A stretch of DNA of 59,665 nucleotides, counting the filler. It is 8 parts of 8 records of this genome, joined end to end, with 100 filler letters (N's around TTAATTAATTAA, not from the genome) between each part and the next. Parts side by side here need not be neighbours in the genome. Positions count along the whole stretch, not along the records: positions 51,158 to 59,665 come from SRR31147125_35619; 7 more parts are not named here. One strand, 5' to 3'. This document shows positions 54,259-59,665 of this stretch, piece by piece. Position 1 is the stretch's first letter; each line of letters opens with the position of its first letter. Under the pieces are notes generated by a model, which ran no database searches, was not told where the DNA came from, and saw only the letters and a list, made by a program, of their open reading frames with translations. The translations under genes were made by a program, and so were the position numbers.

Positions 54259-56620
54259 ATGAAAACAACTAACTATTTACTAATCATTTTAGTATTGATT
54301 GTTTGCGCATGTACAACAGCGACAACAAGCAATGAGAAGAACGAAGATTTAAAGCTCTGGTACAATCAACCCGCCACTAGCTGGATGACCGAAGCCCTTC
54401 CAATGGGAAATGCCTACATGGGGGCAATGGTTTTTGGACAACCCGAAGAGGAACATATTCAGTTTACTGAAGAATCGTTATGGGCCGGTGGCCCACGCGC
54501 AAACGAAGAATATAATTACGGTAACCGGAATGGTTCCTAAGCAAATTGAAGTAATTAGAGGCTTACTTAAAGAGGGCAAGTTTGAAGAAGCACATCGTTT
54601 GGCTTACGATAAACTTACGGGTGTAATTAGCGGAAAAGGTGGAACTCCGGAATTTGGCGATTACGGTGCTCAGCAAACTATGGGCGATGTATTTATAAAG
54701 GTTGATGGAGTAGGCGGGGGAAGCAACTACAAACGTGAACTGAACCTTGAAACTGCAACAATGCAGGTGGAATTTAATACCTCGGACAATTCGTTTAAAA
54801 GGAAATATTACGCCAGTTACCCAAAGCATGTTTTAGTTTATGAATTTACTTCAGAAAAGCCGGTGAACTATTCTGTTCGATTAGAGAGCCCTCATTTATT
54901 AGAGGCATCAACACTTGACAATAATGTGTATTCTATTGATGGGAAGTTGGAAAACAACGGTTTAAAATTTGGCATCCGTTTAAAGCTTGATTCTGATGGA
55001 AGGGTAAGCTTGAAAGACAATCAAATTAAGGTAGAAAACGCAAGTCGTTTGGTAGTTTACCACACTGCAGCAACAGAATATAAAAATGAATATCCTGATT
55101 ATATTGGCAATGATTATCAAGGGAAACTGACAGCTATTTTAAAGGCTCTTGAAAATGCGAAAGAAAAGGATGTTTACCACGAGCATCTGGAAGATTACCA
55201 GAATTTATTTGGTCGGGTTAATTTAAAATTGGATGGCCCAGACCGCAGCGGTATTCCAACCAATCAGCGTCATGAAGAATATTATGTCGGAACTTTCGAC
55301 CCAGCTTTCGAAGCATTGTATTTTCAGTACAACCGGTATTTAATGATTTCAGGGTCAAGATCCGGTTCAATGCCGCTTAACTTACAAGGCAAATGGAACA
55401 ACTCTACCAATCCGCCATGGGCTTGCGATTACCACATGAATATTAATCAGCAAATGTTATACTGGCCGGCCGAGGTTACTAATCTTGCCGAATGCCACCA
55501 GCCACTTTTCGACTACATGGAAACCTTGGTTGAACCGGGAAAGGTTTCGGCAAAAGAACATTTTAATGCTGAGGGATGGATTGTAAATACCATGAACAAT
55601 GCTTATGGTTTTACCGCTCCCGGATGGGGATTCCCATGGGGATTTTTCCCCTGTGGAGCAGCGTGGTTGTGCCAGCATGCCTGGGAACATTATGCCTTTA
55701 CCCAGGATAAAGAATACCTTAAAAATCAGGGCTATCCCTTAATGAAAGAAGCTGCAAAATTTTGGATAGACTACTTAATTGAAGACGAAAATGGTTATTT
55801 GGTGTCATTTCCCTCGTATTCGCCCGAGCATGGTGGAATTTCTACAGGAGCAGCCATGGACCACCAAATGGCCTGGGATTTATTGAATAACTGTGTTGCT
55901 GCAGCAAAAGTATTGGGATTAAATGATAAATTTACTCAGCAGGCTAAAAATGTTCGCGATAAAATTTGTCCGCCAATGATTGGAAAATGGGGACAACTGC
56001 AAGAGTGGAAAGAAGATGTTGACGACCCTGAAAATACGCACCGACATGTGTCGCACTTGTTTGCCCTTTATCCCGGTAAGCAGATTTCAGTTTTGGAAAC
56101 TCCAGAACTGGCAGAAGCCGCAAAGGTTAGCTTAAACGCTCGTGGTGATAGCGGAACCGGTTGGTCACGCGCCTGGAAAATTGCATTCTGGTCGCGCTTA
56201 AAAGATGGCGACCATGCCTACAAAATGCTTCACGAACTTCTTAAACCAACGCAAAATGAGGGGACTGATATGATGCATGGAGGTGGAACTTACCTTAATC
56301 TTTTGTGTGCACATCCACCATTTCAACTCGATGGAAATATGGGCGGAACGGCCGGTGTAGCTGAAATGCTTTTGCAATCGCATGCCAGTACCATTGAAAT
56401 TCTTCCGGCATTACCATCGGCTTGGAAAAGCGGAGCTGTAAACGGATTAAAAGCACGTAATGGCTTTACCGTTGATATCAGTTGGGAAGCAGGAAAACTG
56501 AAAACATTAAAAATTGTGTCGGGAAATGGGAATGATTGCAAGGTGAAATACGGAGAAAAGACCTTTTCATTCTCAACTAAAGTTGGTGAAGAGTTTGTTT
56601 TTGATGGTCAGTTAAACTAA
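54259..56620 (+). CDS. GH95 alpha-L-fucosidase (lipoprotein), frameshift near 54530
   Basis: LKLWYNQPA, EALPMGN..GAM, NLQGKWN, YHMNINQQMLYW, SPEHG, HRHVSHL, GWSRAWK, HPPFQLDGNMG. Confidence 0.9.
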
Positions 56621-56626
56621 AAGAGA

Positions 56627-59665
<3,039 letters not shown>

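Overview
This window is not one genomic locus. It is eight contigs joined by seven identical 100-bp linkers (44 N + TTAATTAATTAA + 44 N), and the contigs differ in composition and gene style, so they probably come from several organisms. Many genes carry single-base indels in homopolymer runs, most likely sequencing errors. Contig 1 (1-5015, AT-rich): probable defence island with a RAYT-like transposase remnant, REP-like palindromes, an HTH protein, a frameshifted HEPN-like protein and a truncated AIPR gene. Contig 2 (5116-10473): putrescine aminotransferase, NhaC-family transporter and acyl-CoA ligase. Contig 3 (10574-15871, Bacteroidota-like): end of a T2SS/pseudopilin-like cluster and a secreted 'WPDYVF' fibre/chaperone-like protein. 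Contig 4 (15972-22987): ADP-forming acyl-CoA synthetase and a hybrid kinase-cheR-(cheB relic)-GGDEF cassette. Contig 5 (23088-36007): katG, a PerR/Fur regulator and a large polyphosphate cluster (ppk1, ppx, sixA, ppk2, CHAD, ParA, CYTH, RHH-like, HhH/Lys-rich), then FRG and PhoH. Contig 6 (36108-43847): PQQ-propeller/methyltransferase-like/PA14 fusion and a GH2. Contig 7 (43948-51057): two PiT paralogues, a PhoR/PhoB-like pair and partial rpoN. Contig 8 (51158-59665): glycan-utilisation genes (GH141-like, GH95, DUF1080, GH2). The best candidate for a new system is the CHAD-ParA-CYTH-RHH-HhH/Lys operon, which could position polyphosphate granules and shares a palindromic operator-like motif with the ppx-sixA-ppk2 operon. 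All family calls come from motif recognition by eye; no database searches were run. I saw no rRNA, tRNA or CRISPR array.
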